Notes: a model not told the origin generated them from the sequence alone. Positions 8,240-15,687 are shown, counted from the stretch's first letter. The stretch is 16,225 nt of DNA from Candidatus Moanibacter sp. (GCA_965215885.1 CBDCEW010000005.1:1-16225); one strand, 5' to 3'. A program made the numbers and translations.

Positions 8240-10279
8240 GTGCGTCGATTCGTAATTTCCCTGACCCTGCGCCTGGCCGCCGGCGCCCTGGGCTTCTTTC
8301 TAATATTCCAACTCTATACCCGCCTCGCGTTCAAAGTGGCTGGGGCCGGCCGCACCGACGTGGCGGCTCTGGCCGCCCTGCCTTCCCCCCAGCGCCATCC
8401 CGCCCAACCCGGCGCCCTGCACCGTGTGGCCGAGTGGTCCGCCACAGTGCCCCGCGCCTTTTCCCAAGCGCCCCAGCTGGCGCGTCTCGAGCTTCCACCG
8501 GTGGACCAACGTTTGCCGGTAGAACCCCTGGTCGTAATACCCCCACACCAGGAAGGACCCTACGGCGGAACGTGGAAGCGCTTTGGCACCAGTCCGGCTG
8601 ATATTGGCACGCTGCCCGCTCGTCTGGCCTACGAGGGTCTCGTGCGTTGGGGACCCATGGGTCGTGAGATTCTCCCCAACCTGGCCACCCAATGGGAAAT
8701 TGCCGATGAGGGGCGGACCTATACCTTCACCTTGCGGCGGGGCGTGCGCTGGTCTGACGGCCATCTTTTTACGACCGCCGACATCATGTTCTGGTACGAG
8801 CACATCCTGCAGAACTCGGACCTCACCCCTGTGGTGAACAGCGAACTCCGCCACGGTGGGCAATTGGTCCAGTTGGAGGCGCCGGACGACTACACCATCC
8901 GTTTCCACTTCGCCGCTCCCTACGGCCTCTTTCTCAAAGTCCTCGCTTCAAATTTCACCTACATCGTCGATTATCCGGCCCATTTCCTGAAACAATACCA
9001 TCCCGCTTTTGCTCCGCAGGCTGAACTCGATCGCCTGGCCCACCGGGAGGGTTTCGATTTCTGGTATCAGGTGTTTGACGATCGCGCTGAGTGGCAAAAC
9101 CCCGACACGCCGCGCCTGTGGGCCTGGACCATGGAGCGTCCGCCACTCGCCAGACCGGTCGTCTTCACCCGCAACCCATATTACTGGAAAGTCGATCCCT
9201 CGGGCCGTCAGCTTCCCTATATCGACCGCGTCACCTTTGAAATCTACGACATCGAGACGATCAACATCAAAGCCATTAACGGCGAGGTGGGAATGCAGGG
9301 CCGCCATATCAGCTTTCAGAACTACCCCCTCTTCATGACCAATCGGGCCAAGGGCGGTTACCGGGTGCACCACTGGATCGACGGAAAAGCCGGTTCGTCC
9401 GCCCTCGCTTTAAACCTCAACCACAAGGATCCGGTCCTCAGATCCCTCTTCCACGACCGCCGTTTTCGCCTGGCGCTATCCCAGGCCCTGGACCGGGAAG
9501 CCATCAATGAGGTCTGCTACATGGGTGTGGGCCAGCCGCGACAGATGGCACCCCCACCGGGCTCGGCTTTTTATGACTCCGCCTATGAACGGGCCTATAT
9601 CGAATACGACCCCGATGAGGCCCGCCGCCTGCTCGATGCCATGGACCTCACCCGCACTGACCACCGGGGTCGCCGTTTGCGCCCCGACGGGAAGCCGCTC
9701 ACTCTGCGACTGGAGACCTCGTCCACCTTCGGAGGGACCAGCCGCCTCTTTGAAATGGTCGCCGCCTATTGGACGGCGGTGGGGGTCGAGACCAAGGTCA
9801 AAACCATGGCTCGCGAGCTCTTCGAAGAGCGGATCAACGCCCGCCTCTTCGATGTGACTTCGTGGATCGGGTCGGGCGAGATAATACCGGTGATCGACCC
9901 GCGCTGGTTCCTGCCTTACAATGGGGGCTCGTTCTACGGACTGGATTATGTGCGATGGTTCCGCACTGAGGGCGTCGAAGGCGCGCGGCCTCCTCCTGCC
10001 ATGGTGCAGTGCATGGACCTGTTCCGCCAGGTCCAGAGGGCAGTGGACGACGCCGAGCAGATCCGCCTGTTCCGCCGGATCATCGACCTGAACCGGGAGA
10101 ATCTTTGGGTCATTGGGACCGTCGGCCAGGTTCCGACGATCTTCATCGTGCATGAGTCCTTCCGCAACGTGCCTGAAGTGGCGGTGGCCTGCTGGCCCTT
10201 GCGTACGCCGGGAGCGACCGCGCCCGAGTGCTACGCAATCGAGGAAGCTCCTTCCGCATTCCATGGAGAAGAGAATTGA
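8240..10279 (+). CDS. ABC transporter substrate-binding protein, family 5 (OppA/DppA-like, probably oligosaccharide-binding clade)
   Basis: Motifs LPPVDQRLPVEPLVV, GPYGGTW, PNLATQWEI…YTFTLRRGVRWSDGHLFTTADI, RNPYYWKVD…QLPYIDRV, FRLALSQALDREAI and YDPDEARRLLD. GTG start. Confidence 0.93.
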   Translation: MRRFVISLTLRLAAGALGFFLIFQLYTRLAFKVAGAGRTDVAALAALPSPQRHPAQPGALHRVAEWSATVPRAFSQAPQLARLELPPVDQRLPVEPLVVIPPHQEGPYGGTWKRFGTSPADIGTLPARLAYEGLVRWGPMGREILPNLATQWEIADEGRTYTFTLRRGVRWSDGHLFTTADIMFWYEHILQNSDLTPVVNSELRHGGQLVQLEAPDDYTIRFHFAAPYGLFLKVLASNFTYIVDYPAHFLKQYHPAFAPQAELDRLAHREGFDFWYQVFDDRAEWQNPDTPRLWAWTMERPPLARPVVFTRNPYYWKVDPSGRQLPYIDRVTFEIYDIETINIKAINGEVGMQGRHISFQNYPLFMTNRAKGGYRVHHWIDGKAGSSALALNLNHKDPVLRSLFHDRRFRLALSQALDREAINEVCYMGVGQPRQMAPPPGSAFYDSAYERAYIEYDPDEARRLLDAMDLTRTDHRGRRLRPDGKPLTLRLETSSTFGGTSRLFEMVAAYWTAVGVETKVKTMARELFEERINARLFDVTSWIGSGEIIPVIDPRWFLPYNGGSFYGLDYVRWFRTEGVEGARPPPAMVQCMDLFRQVQRAVDDAEQIRLFRRIIDLNRENLWVIGTVGQVPTIFIVHESFRNVPEVAVACWPLRTPGATAPECYAIEEAPSAFHGEEN

Positions 10280-10289
10280 ACAGAAGCAC

Positions 10290-10439
10290 ACGTTTTATAG
10301 CAGGGAACGCGCGCCACCCCGGCACAAGACCGGGGCAGCCAGGAATCAAAGGCACGCTAAAAACGTACTACGGCAGGGCTTCGGAGGGGCACGGCAGGGC
10401 AGGTGAGAGATACGGTGATAAAAAGGATATAACTCTCAC
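10290..10439. repeat. Cluster of short inverted and direct repeats in the binding protein-permease spacer
   Basis: ACGTTTTATAGC (10290-10301) pairs with GCTAAAAACGT (10356-10366) around the hairpin CCCCGG-CACAAGA-CCGGGG (10317-10335). ACGGCAGGGC occurs twice, 21 bp apart (10370, 10391). GTGAGAG…CTCTCAC spans 10403-10439. Confidence 0.45.
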
Positions 10440-10538
10440 GCAAGTAGGTCTTTTAGAGTTGGTAGGGGGGACGACTGCAGAGAATGATGATTTGATAGGT
10501 AGTTTGATCAATGCCGAAGGTGAATTTGGAAAGTAGGA

Positions 10539-11612
10539 ATGACTAACTTGGTCCTTAAACGCTTTTACTGGATGGTGCCCACTTTGTTGGCAATCTCCTT
10601 CCTCTCTTTCGCGCTCATCCAATTGCCTCCGGGAGACTATCTGACTTCCTATATCGCGGCATTGGAAGAACAGGGAGAACCTGTGGCCGAAGAGCGGGTG
10701 GCAGCCTTGCGCCATCGCTTCGGTCTGGACCGGCCTTTTTTGCTGCAATACATCCTCTGGCTCAACAACCTGTTACCCTTCGGCTTTGACCGACAGGAAG
10801 GCGGCGGCTACCTGCGGCACGGGGACGGAGTTTTCAATTGGCCCCGGTTCAAATGGCCGGACTTGGGCTTTTCCTTTGAGTGGAACCGACCCGTGGGTGA
10901 GCTGATCGGTGAGCGCATCCTCCTGACCATTGTCATTTCCATCGCCACCATTCTCTTTACCTGGGCCCTGGCCATCCCGATCGGTATCTATTCGGCGCTG
11001 CGCCAGTACTCCTGGGGCGATTATTGCTTCTCTGTCCTGGGCTTTGTTGGCTTGGCTACGCCCAATTTCCTTCTGGCTCTCATCTTCATGTACCTGGGTT
11101 ACTCATATTTTGGCATAAGCCCCGGCGGTCTGTTCTCCCCCGGCTACCAGGAGGCCCCCTGGTCCCTGGCTAAATGTGCCGATCTGCTGGCCCATTTGTG
11201 GATTCCGGTGATCGTCATCGGCACCGAAGGAACTGCCGGACTCATCCGAATCATGCGGGGCAATCTGCTGGACGAGATCCCGAAGGAATATGTGCAGACG
11301 GCACGGGCCAAGGGCGTGCACCCGGTCAGATTGATTCTCAAGTATCCGGTGCGCGTGGCCTTGAATCCCCTCATCAGCACCGACGGGTGGTTGCTTCCCA
11401 GCATCGTATCCGGGTCGGTGATCGTCGCCGTGGTCCTTGGTTTGCCCACCACCGGTCCGCTCTTGCTGCGCTCGCTACAGAGCCAGGATATGTATCTGGC
11501 GGGGTCGATGATCATGATTCTGAGCTTTCTGACGGTGATCGGAACCCTCGTTTCGGACCTACTCCTGCTGTGGCTCGATCCGCGCATCCGCTTTGAAGGA
11601 GGAGGCCGGTGA
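10539..11612 (+). CDS. ABC transporter permease, DppB/OppB-like
   Basis: Motifs IQLPPGDY, FGLDRPFLLQY, DLGFSF, IPIGIYSA, EAA-loop region RGNLLDE…YVQTARAKG and SDLLLLWLDPRIR. Confidence 0.95.
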   Translation: MTNLVLKRFYWMVPTLLAISFLSFALIQLPPGDYLTSYIAALEEQGEPVAEERVAALRHRFGLDRPFLLQYILWLNNLLPFGFDRQEGGGYLRHGDGVFNWPRFKWPDLGFSFEWNRPVGELIGERILLTIVISIATILFTWALAIPIGIYSALRQYSWGDYCFSVLGFVGLATPNFLLALIFMYLGYSYFGISPGGLFSPGYQEAPWSLAKCADLLAHLWIPVIVIGTEGTAGLIRIMRGNLLDEIPKEYVQTARAKGVHPVRLILKYPVRVALNPLISTDGWLLPSIVSGSVIVAVVLGLPTTGPLLLRSLQSQDMYLAGSMIMILSFLTVIGTLVSDLLLLWLDPRIRFEGGGR

Positions 11613-11619
11613 TGGGGAT

Positions 11620-11709
11620 GTCATTTGCGCCTTTCGGCGCGTCAAAGGCTGCCTCCGGCGGTGTCAGTGACGCCATTCCGGCGCGTCATTTGGCGCTAAC
11701 GCGCTGTTA
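11620..11709 (-). repeat. Left array: 4 units of GTCA-NNN + variable hairpin (TGAC + hairpin when read on the - strand)
   Basis: GTCA at 11620, 11641, 11663, 11685 and GTTA at 11706 (spacing 21, 22, 22, 21). Hairpins on the + strand: GCGCC-TTTC-GGCGC, GCTGCC-TCC-GGCGGT, ACGCC-ATTCC-GGCGC, GGCGC-TAAC-GCGCT. Confidence 0.85.
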
Positions 11710-11738
11710 CATAATGAAGAAATTGAAGGGTATGGAAA

Positions 11739-12098
11739 ATGAAACTTGAGGAGTTAGAGGTTTATCAGATGGGAATGGAGATTGGCGATCAGGCGTGGTC
11801 AATTGTTCAGAAATGGAATTACTTCGCGAAAGACGCAGTGGGCAAGCAACTAATAAAAGCCGCAGATTCTATTGCGGCCAATATCAGTGAGGGGTACGGC
11901 CGTTACTATTACAAAGAGAACAGGCAGTTCTGCTACTACAGCCGCGGCGCGGCTTTCGAAACCCTTACATGGATTACGAAGGAGAAGAATCGAAAACTAA
12001 TTTCCGAGCTGGAGTTCAGTGTTCTCAAGAAGGACCTTAACACATTTATCATCAAGCTCAACCGCTATATCCGATCGATCGGCCCCACCGATGACTAA
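11739..12098 (+). CDS. Four-helix-bundle protein (TIGR02436 / 23S rRNA IVS protein / Avd-like family)
   Basis: 119 aa with family motifs LEELEVYQ, KQLIKAADSIAANISEGYGR and FCYYSRGAAFETLTW. Visibly more AT-rich than the flanking permeases. Confidence 0.93.
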   Translation: MKLEELEVYQMGMEIGDQAWSIVQKWNYFAKDAVGKQLIKAADSIAANISEGYGRYYYKENRQFCYYSRGAAFETLTWITKEKNRKLISELEFSVLKKDLNTFIIKLNRYIRSIGPTDD

Positions 12099-12234
12099 TG
12101 AGAACTGACGCGAACGCAGTGAGCTTTGACACGTCGATAGGCGCCCATGACGCGAACGCAGTGAGCCAATGACGATGAGCGAAGCGAATTCAATGACGCT
12201 GCCGGAGGCAGCCAATGACGCCCAGGAACTGGGC
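12089..12234 (+). repeat. Right array: three tandem 7-mers (NNNTGAS) followed by 6 units of TGAC + variable hairpin
   Basis: TGAC/TGAG at 12092, 12099, 12106, 12127, 12148, 12170, 12194, 12216 (spacing 7, 7, 21, 21, 22, 24, 22). Hairpins in order: GCGAAC-GCA-GTGAGC, ACGTC-GATA-GGCGC, GCGAAC-GCA-GTGAGC again, GATGAGC-GAA-GCGAATT, GCTGCC-GGA-GGCAGC, GCCCAG-GAA-CTGGGC. Confidence 0.88.
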
Positions 12235-13305
12235 TCCCTCTCCCAGTGGCAGCTCATGAGGCTGAGATTTCGCCGGCACCGCCTCGCGGTATGGTCCGGA
12301 TTTATTGTATTGGCTTTTTACCTTGTAACCCTTTTCTGTGAATTCATCGCCCCCTACTCCCTTGCCGACCAGCACATCACCCATCTTTACGCTCCACCCC
12401 AACCGGTGCGCTTCATTGGGTCCGACGGCCTCCACTTGCGACCCTTTGTCTACGGTCTCAAGGGCGTCCGCCACCCTCAGACCCTGCAAAAACTGTATGT
12501 CGAGGACCGGAGCCAGTTCTATCCAGTGCGATTTTTTGCTGAGGGACCGCGCTATCGCCTGTGGGGCCTGATCGATTCCAATCTCCACCTTCTAGGCGTC
12601 GATCCGGGCGGGACCCTGTTTCTCTTCGGCACCGATTCGCTGGGCCGCGACCTGTTTTCCCGTATAGTCTACGGGGCACGCATCTCGCTTACGATCGGTC
12701 TTATCGGGGTGGCGCTTACATTCGTCTTCGGCCTGACTGTGGGTGCGGTTTCGGGCTACTTCGGTGGCTGGCTCGACAATCTAATCCAGCGCTTCATCGA
12801 GATCCTGCGCTCCTTTCCCACCATCCCCCTCTGGATGGGCCTGTCGGCAGCCCTCCCGGTCACCTGGTCGCCGCTGCAGATTTACTTTGGCATTACCGTA
12901 GTGTTGTCCTTTTTGGGTTGGACCGGTTTGGCCCGGGTCGTGCGCGGCAAGATCCTATCGCTGCGCGAAGAAGACTACGCCACCGCCGCGCTCCTGGCCG
13001 GGGCAAACCGCACGCGTATCATACTGTTCCACTTGTTGCCCGGCTTTACCAGCCATATCGTCGTGAGCGTGACTCTCGCGCTACCCGGTATGATCCTGGG
13101 AGAAACCGCACTCAGTTTTCTCGGACTCGGGCTGCGTCCGCCCATCACCAGTTGGGGCGTATTACTGCAGGAAGCGCAGAATGTACAGGCTGTGGCCCTC
13201 CATCCCTGGCTCCTCACGCCGGCTCTCTTCGTCATCCTGGCGGTCCTGGCCTTCAATTTTGTCGGGGACGGTTTCCGCGACGCAGCCGACCCCTACGCCA
13301 ATTGA
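12169..13305 (+). CDS. ABC transporter permease, DppC/OppC-like (start uncertain: ATG 12169, 12175 or 12193, all inside the repeat array)
   Basis: Motifs SQWQLMRLRFRRHRLA, LFGTDSLGRDLFSRIVYGARISLTIG, ARVVRGKILSLREEDY, ETALSFLGLG…SWGVLL and FNFVGDGFRDAADP. Confidence 0.95.
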   Translation: MTMSEANSMTLPEAANDAQELGSLSQWQLMRLRFRRHRLAVWSGFIVLAFYLVTLFCEFIAPYSLADQHITHLYAPPQPVRFIGSDGLHLRPFVYGLKGVRHPQTLQKLYVEDRSQFYPVRFFAEGPRYRLWGLIDSNLHLLGVDPGGTLFLFGTDSLGRDLFSRIVYGARISLTIGLIGVALTFVFGLTVGAVSGYFGGWLDNLIQRFIEILRSFPTIPLWMGLSAALPVTWSPLQIYFGITVVLSFLGWTGLARVVRGKILSLREEDYATAALLAGANRTRIILFHLLPGFTSHIVVSVTLALPGMILGETALSFLGLGLRPPITSWGVLLQEAQNVQAVALHPWLLTPALFVILAVLAFNFVGDGFRDAADPYAN

Positions 13306-13513
13306 TGATCGACTTAACTCCGTTTGCGCCAATTCGGTGTACCGATGTCTCTCAATATCCGGGCTGGCGGTAGGCCCGAGAATGTATGGCGCAAGCGTTG
13401 AATGGGGAAGAAGCAGGCCGAGTGATTGAGCCGCGAAATCTGGGTAGTCTCAAGGATATGACGCGACGGAATTGGGAGCGATTTATGCAATGGCGATCGC
13501 CCGCTTCGCCCAT

Positions 13514-13810
13514 TTATCCTTTGAAGATTGTCCTAATGTCACGAGTGTCATGCAGCACTCTAACTATCTCGACTTCCTTTTCATTTCTTTGAAAAAAGAT
13601 CACATATTTTCTAAAGGCCAGACTCAACATCCCTGGGATCAAATCATCTCTTCGGTGTCCCACCCCTTCCAACTCAACTAATTCACAGCACTTTTCGACA
13701 ATCTGATCTATGAACCGATCCGCAGCTATGTCGGTGTCTTCCGCGATATATTTCCAAATCTCCTCAAGATCTCGCAGCGCTTCTTTTGAGATCAAAGGTT
13801 CCCTAGCCAT
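13514..13810 (-). CDS. parE: Type II toxin, ParE/RelE family
   Basis: Motifs SKEALRDLEEIWKYIAED…AADRFI, GHRRDDL, YVIFF and VEIVRVLH…RD. Overlaps the antitoxin stop by 8 nt. Confidence 0.9.
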   Translation of the reverse strand: MAREPLISKEALRDLEEIWKYIAEDTDIAADRFIDQIVEKCCELVELEGVGHRRDDLIPGMLSLAFRKYVIFFQRNEKEVEIVRVLHDTRDIRTIFKG

Positions 13811-14066
13811 GAACCCCCTGTCTTCCAGCTTTCTTTATCCGATTCGCAACTGATTTGGTCAATCGCTCAGACTTTCCGATTCGCAGTTGCTCAACTCCTA
13901 ACCGCAGTTCAGCTTTCAACTCTTCCAGCTTTTTTACTTTCTCTGCTTCAAAGTGATACAAAAGCCTAAGCGCATCGCGAACTACCTCTGATGATGAACT
14001 GTAAAGCCCTGTCGACACTTTTGACTGCACCCACTTTTCAAGTTCTGGTGTTAACGAAACATTCAT
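13803..14066 (-). CDS. parD: Type II antitoxin, ParD family (ribbon-helix-helix, CopG/Arc/MetJ), 87 aa
   Basis: MNVSLTPELEKWVQSKVSTGLYSSSSEVVRDALRLL is the typical family N-terminus, so ATG 14066 is preferred over TTG 14102. Confidence 0.9.
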   Translation of the reverse strand: MNVSLTPELEKWVQSKVSTGLYSSSSEVVRDALRLLYHFEAEKVKKLEELKAELRLGVEQLRIGKSERLTKSVANRIKKAGRQGVHG

Positions 14067-14113
14067 TGTTAAACAATATGACCCAATGTCAGACTTTGTC
14101 AATCTTTGACATT
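14065..14113 (-). promoter_or_regulatory. parDE promoter (probably leaderless) with candidate operator palindromes
   Basis: On the - strand: TTGACA (14102-14097), 18 bp, TATTGT (14078-14073), 6 nt, ATG, with no SD. Palindromes ATTGTT-A-AACAAT (14065-14077) and TGTCAA-TCT-TTGACA (14097-14111). TGTCA half-sites at 10-bp spacing (14087, 14097, inverted at 14107). Confidence 0.6.
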
Positions 14114-14261
14114 CTTTGTTTTTTTTGACTTACATCAGGAAGGACATGACAGATGAAGTAAACATAGTCCCTACCCAGCTCTGCACCGCGCAACATTGCA
14201 TTATTTGGACGTGCTGATCTAATCCCTTCCGGAAGAAATCTTATACAGGAGAGACTTTGAA

Positions 14262-15686
14262 TTGAGCACCACTGAGGTTACCACAACAGCGGAGGATTAT
14301 CCTCCCTGTCCTTTGAACCTGGACAATTCCTCTTTGGTGGAGGCCTATTGTCGCAAGACGCGGGGTTCCGCTGTATTGGCGGACCGTGCGCGGCAGATCT
14401 TTCCCAGCGGCATCACCCATGATGCCCGCTACATAGAACCACACGGCATTTACGTGACGGGCGCCGAGGGCTCCAGAAAGTGGGACGTGGATGGCAACGA
14501 GTATGTCGACTATTCAGGAGGCCACGGAGCTCTCCTGTTGGGGCACAACAATCCCGCCGTTGTCGAGGCGGTTCGCGAGCAACTGGCCAAGGGCACTCAT
14601 TATGGCGCCGGCCATGAACTGGAAGTCGAATGGGGACAATTGATCCAGGAGATGGTACCTTGTGCCGAGAGAGTGCGCTTCACCAACTCGGGTACGGAGA
14701 GTACCATGCTTGCCCTTAGGCTGGCTCGAGCATACACCGGTCGCAGCAGGTTCCTGCGTTTTAAAGGGCATTTCCACGGATGGCACGATTACGTTACGGG
14801 TGGGGTTGATTCCCATTTCGACGGCTCCCGGATTTCCGGTGTGCCTTACGGGACTTCCTCGACCATGGTGATTGCCCCTCCCAACGATCTCGAAACGACT
14901 GCTGAAATTTTGCATAAGGATGAAGACATCGCAGCAATGATCCTCGAACCGACCGGGTCGACCTGGGGACATGTGCCCGCCAAGCCCTCCTTTGTCCGAG
15001 GGTTGCGTCAACTGGCCAACGAATACGGTGTGGTTTTGATATTCGATGAAGTCGTGAGCGGTTTCCGGTGTGCTCCGGGAGGCGCCCAGGAGGCCATTGG
15101 AGTGAATCCCGATCTCGCCACGTTGGGCAAAATAGTCTCCGGCGGTTTGCCCGGTGCCGCCGTTGTCGGGAAGAAAGAAATCCTCGATCTCCTCGACTTC
15201 CGCCAGACGGCGGCGAATGAGCGGGAGAAAGTCTCACACAAGGGAACTTTCAATGCCACTCCCGCCAGCGCTGCGGCCGGTATCGCCGCCCTGCAACAGG
15301 TGCGGGAAGGCGGAGTCTGCGATACAGCGATTGAGTACGGGAATCAGTTGATCAGCGAATTAAACACCATGTTTGCCTCCGAGAGCGTCTCCTGGGTAGC
15401 CTACGGAACTTTCGGTGGTTTCCATCTCTTTTTGAATCCGCAGATGTGGTCGACGAGTCGAGAGCGCATCGAGTCCGGTGAATACGACTTCGACAGCTTT
15501 ACAGTGCCCAAGGATCGTTTGTTAGGTATGAAAGTGCGAGTTGGCGCCCTTCTCCAAGGCGTGGATATTCAGGGTTGGCCGGGCGGGACGGTTTCCGCTG
15601 TGCACAACGACGAGGATCTGGAGCGAACCGTGGATGCCTTTCGCCAGACGATCCGGCTACTCCGGTCCGATAGAGATCTCGGCTAA
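14262..15686 (+). CDS. Class-III PLP-dependent aminotransferase, glutamate-1-semialdehyde aminomutase-like paralogue
   Basis: Motifs WDVDGNEYVDY, LLLGH, VRFTNSGTEST, FKGHFHGWHD, ILEP, LIFDEVVSGFR, PLP lysine in LATLGKIVSGGLP, and GTFNA. SD AGGAG before the TTG start. Confidence 0.9.
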   Translation: MSTTEVTTTAEDYPPCPLNLDNSSLVEAYCRKTRGSAVLADRARQIFPSGITHDARYIEPHGIYVTGAEGSRKWDVDGNEYVDYSGGHGALLLGHNNPAVVEAVREQLAKGTHYGAGHELEVEWGQLIQEMVPCAERVRFTNSGTESTMLALRLARAYTGRSRFLRFKGHFHGWHDYVTGGVDSHFDGSRISGVPYGTSSTMVIAPPNDLETTAEILHKDEDIAAMILEPTGSTWGHVPAKPSFVRGLRQLANEYGVVLIFDEVVSGFRCAPGGAQEAIGVNPDLATLGKIVSGGLPGAAVVGKKEILDLLDFRQTAANEREKVSHKGTFNATPASAAAGIAALQQVREGGVCDTAIEYGNQLISELNTMFASESVSWVAYGTFGGFHLFLNPQMWSTSRERIESGEYDFDSFTVPKDRLLGMKVRVGALLQGVDIQGWPGGTVSAVHNDEDLERTVDAFRQTIRLLRSDRDLG

Positions 15687-15687
15687 T

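Noticed and set aside
9476..10291. 271-aa - strand ORF, and the similar 8300-8908 ORF
   Set aside because: Antisense to the GC-rich binding-protein gene.
11739..12098. Diversity-generating retroelement or 23S rRNA intervening sequence
   Set aside because: No reverse transcriptase, no TR/VR pair and no rRNA sequence in the window.
11620..12234. CRISPR array interpretation of the periodic repeats
   Set aside because: The constant part is only 4-7 nt, the variable parts are self-complementary 14-17-mers, and there are no cas genes.
12561..13373. 270-aa alternative-frame ORF
   Set aside because: Arg/Pro-rich off-frame reading inside dppC.
13321..13398. Possible terminator after dppC (CGTTTGCGCCA…TGGCGCAAGCG)
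   Set aside because: Imperfect stem, long loop and no U-tract; too weak to support.
14067..14102. TTG-started N-terminal extension of ParD
   Set aside because: The TTG is part of the TTGACA -35 box, and the family N-terminus begins at MNVSLT.
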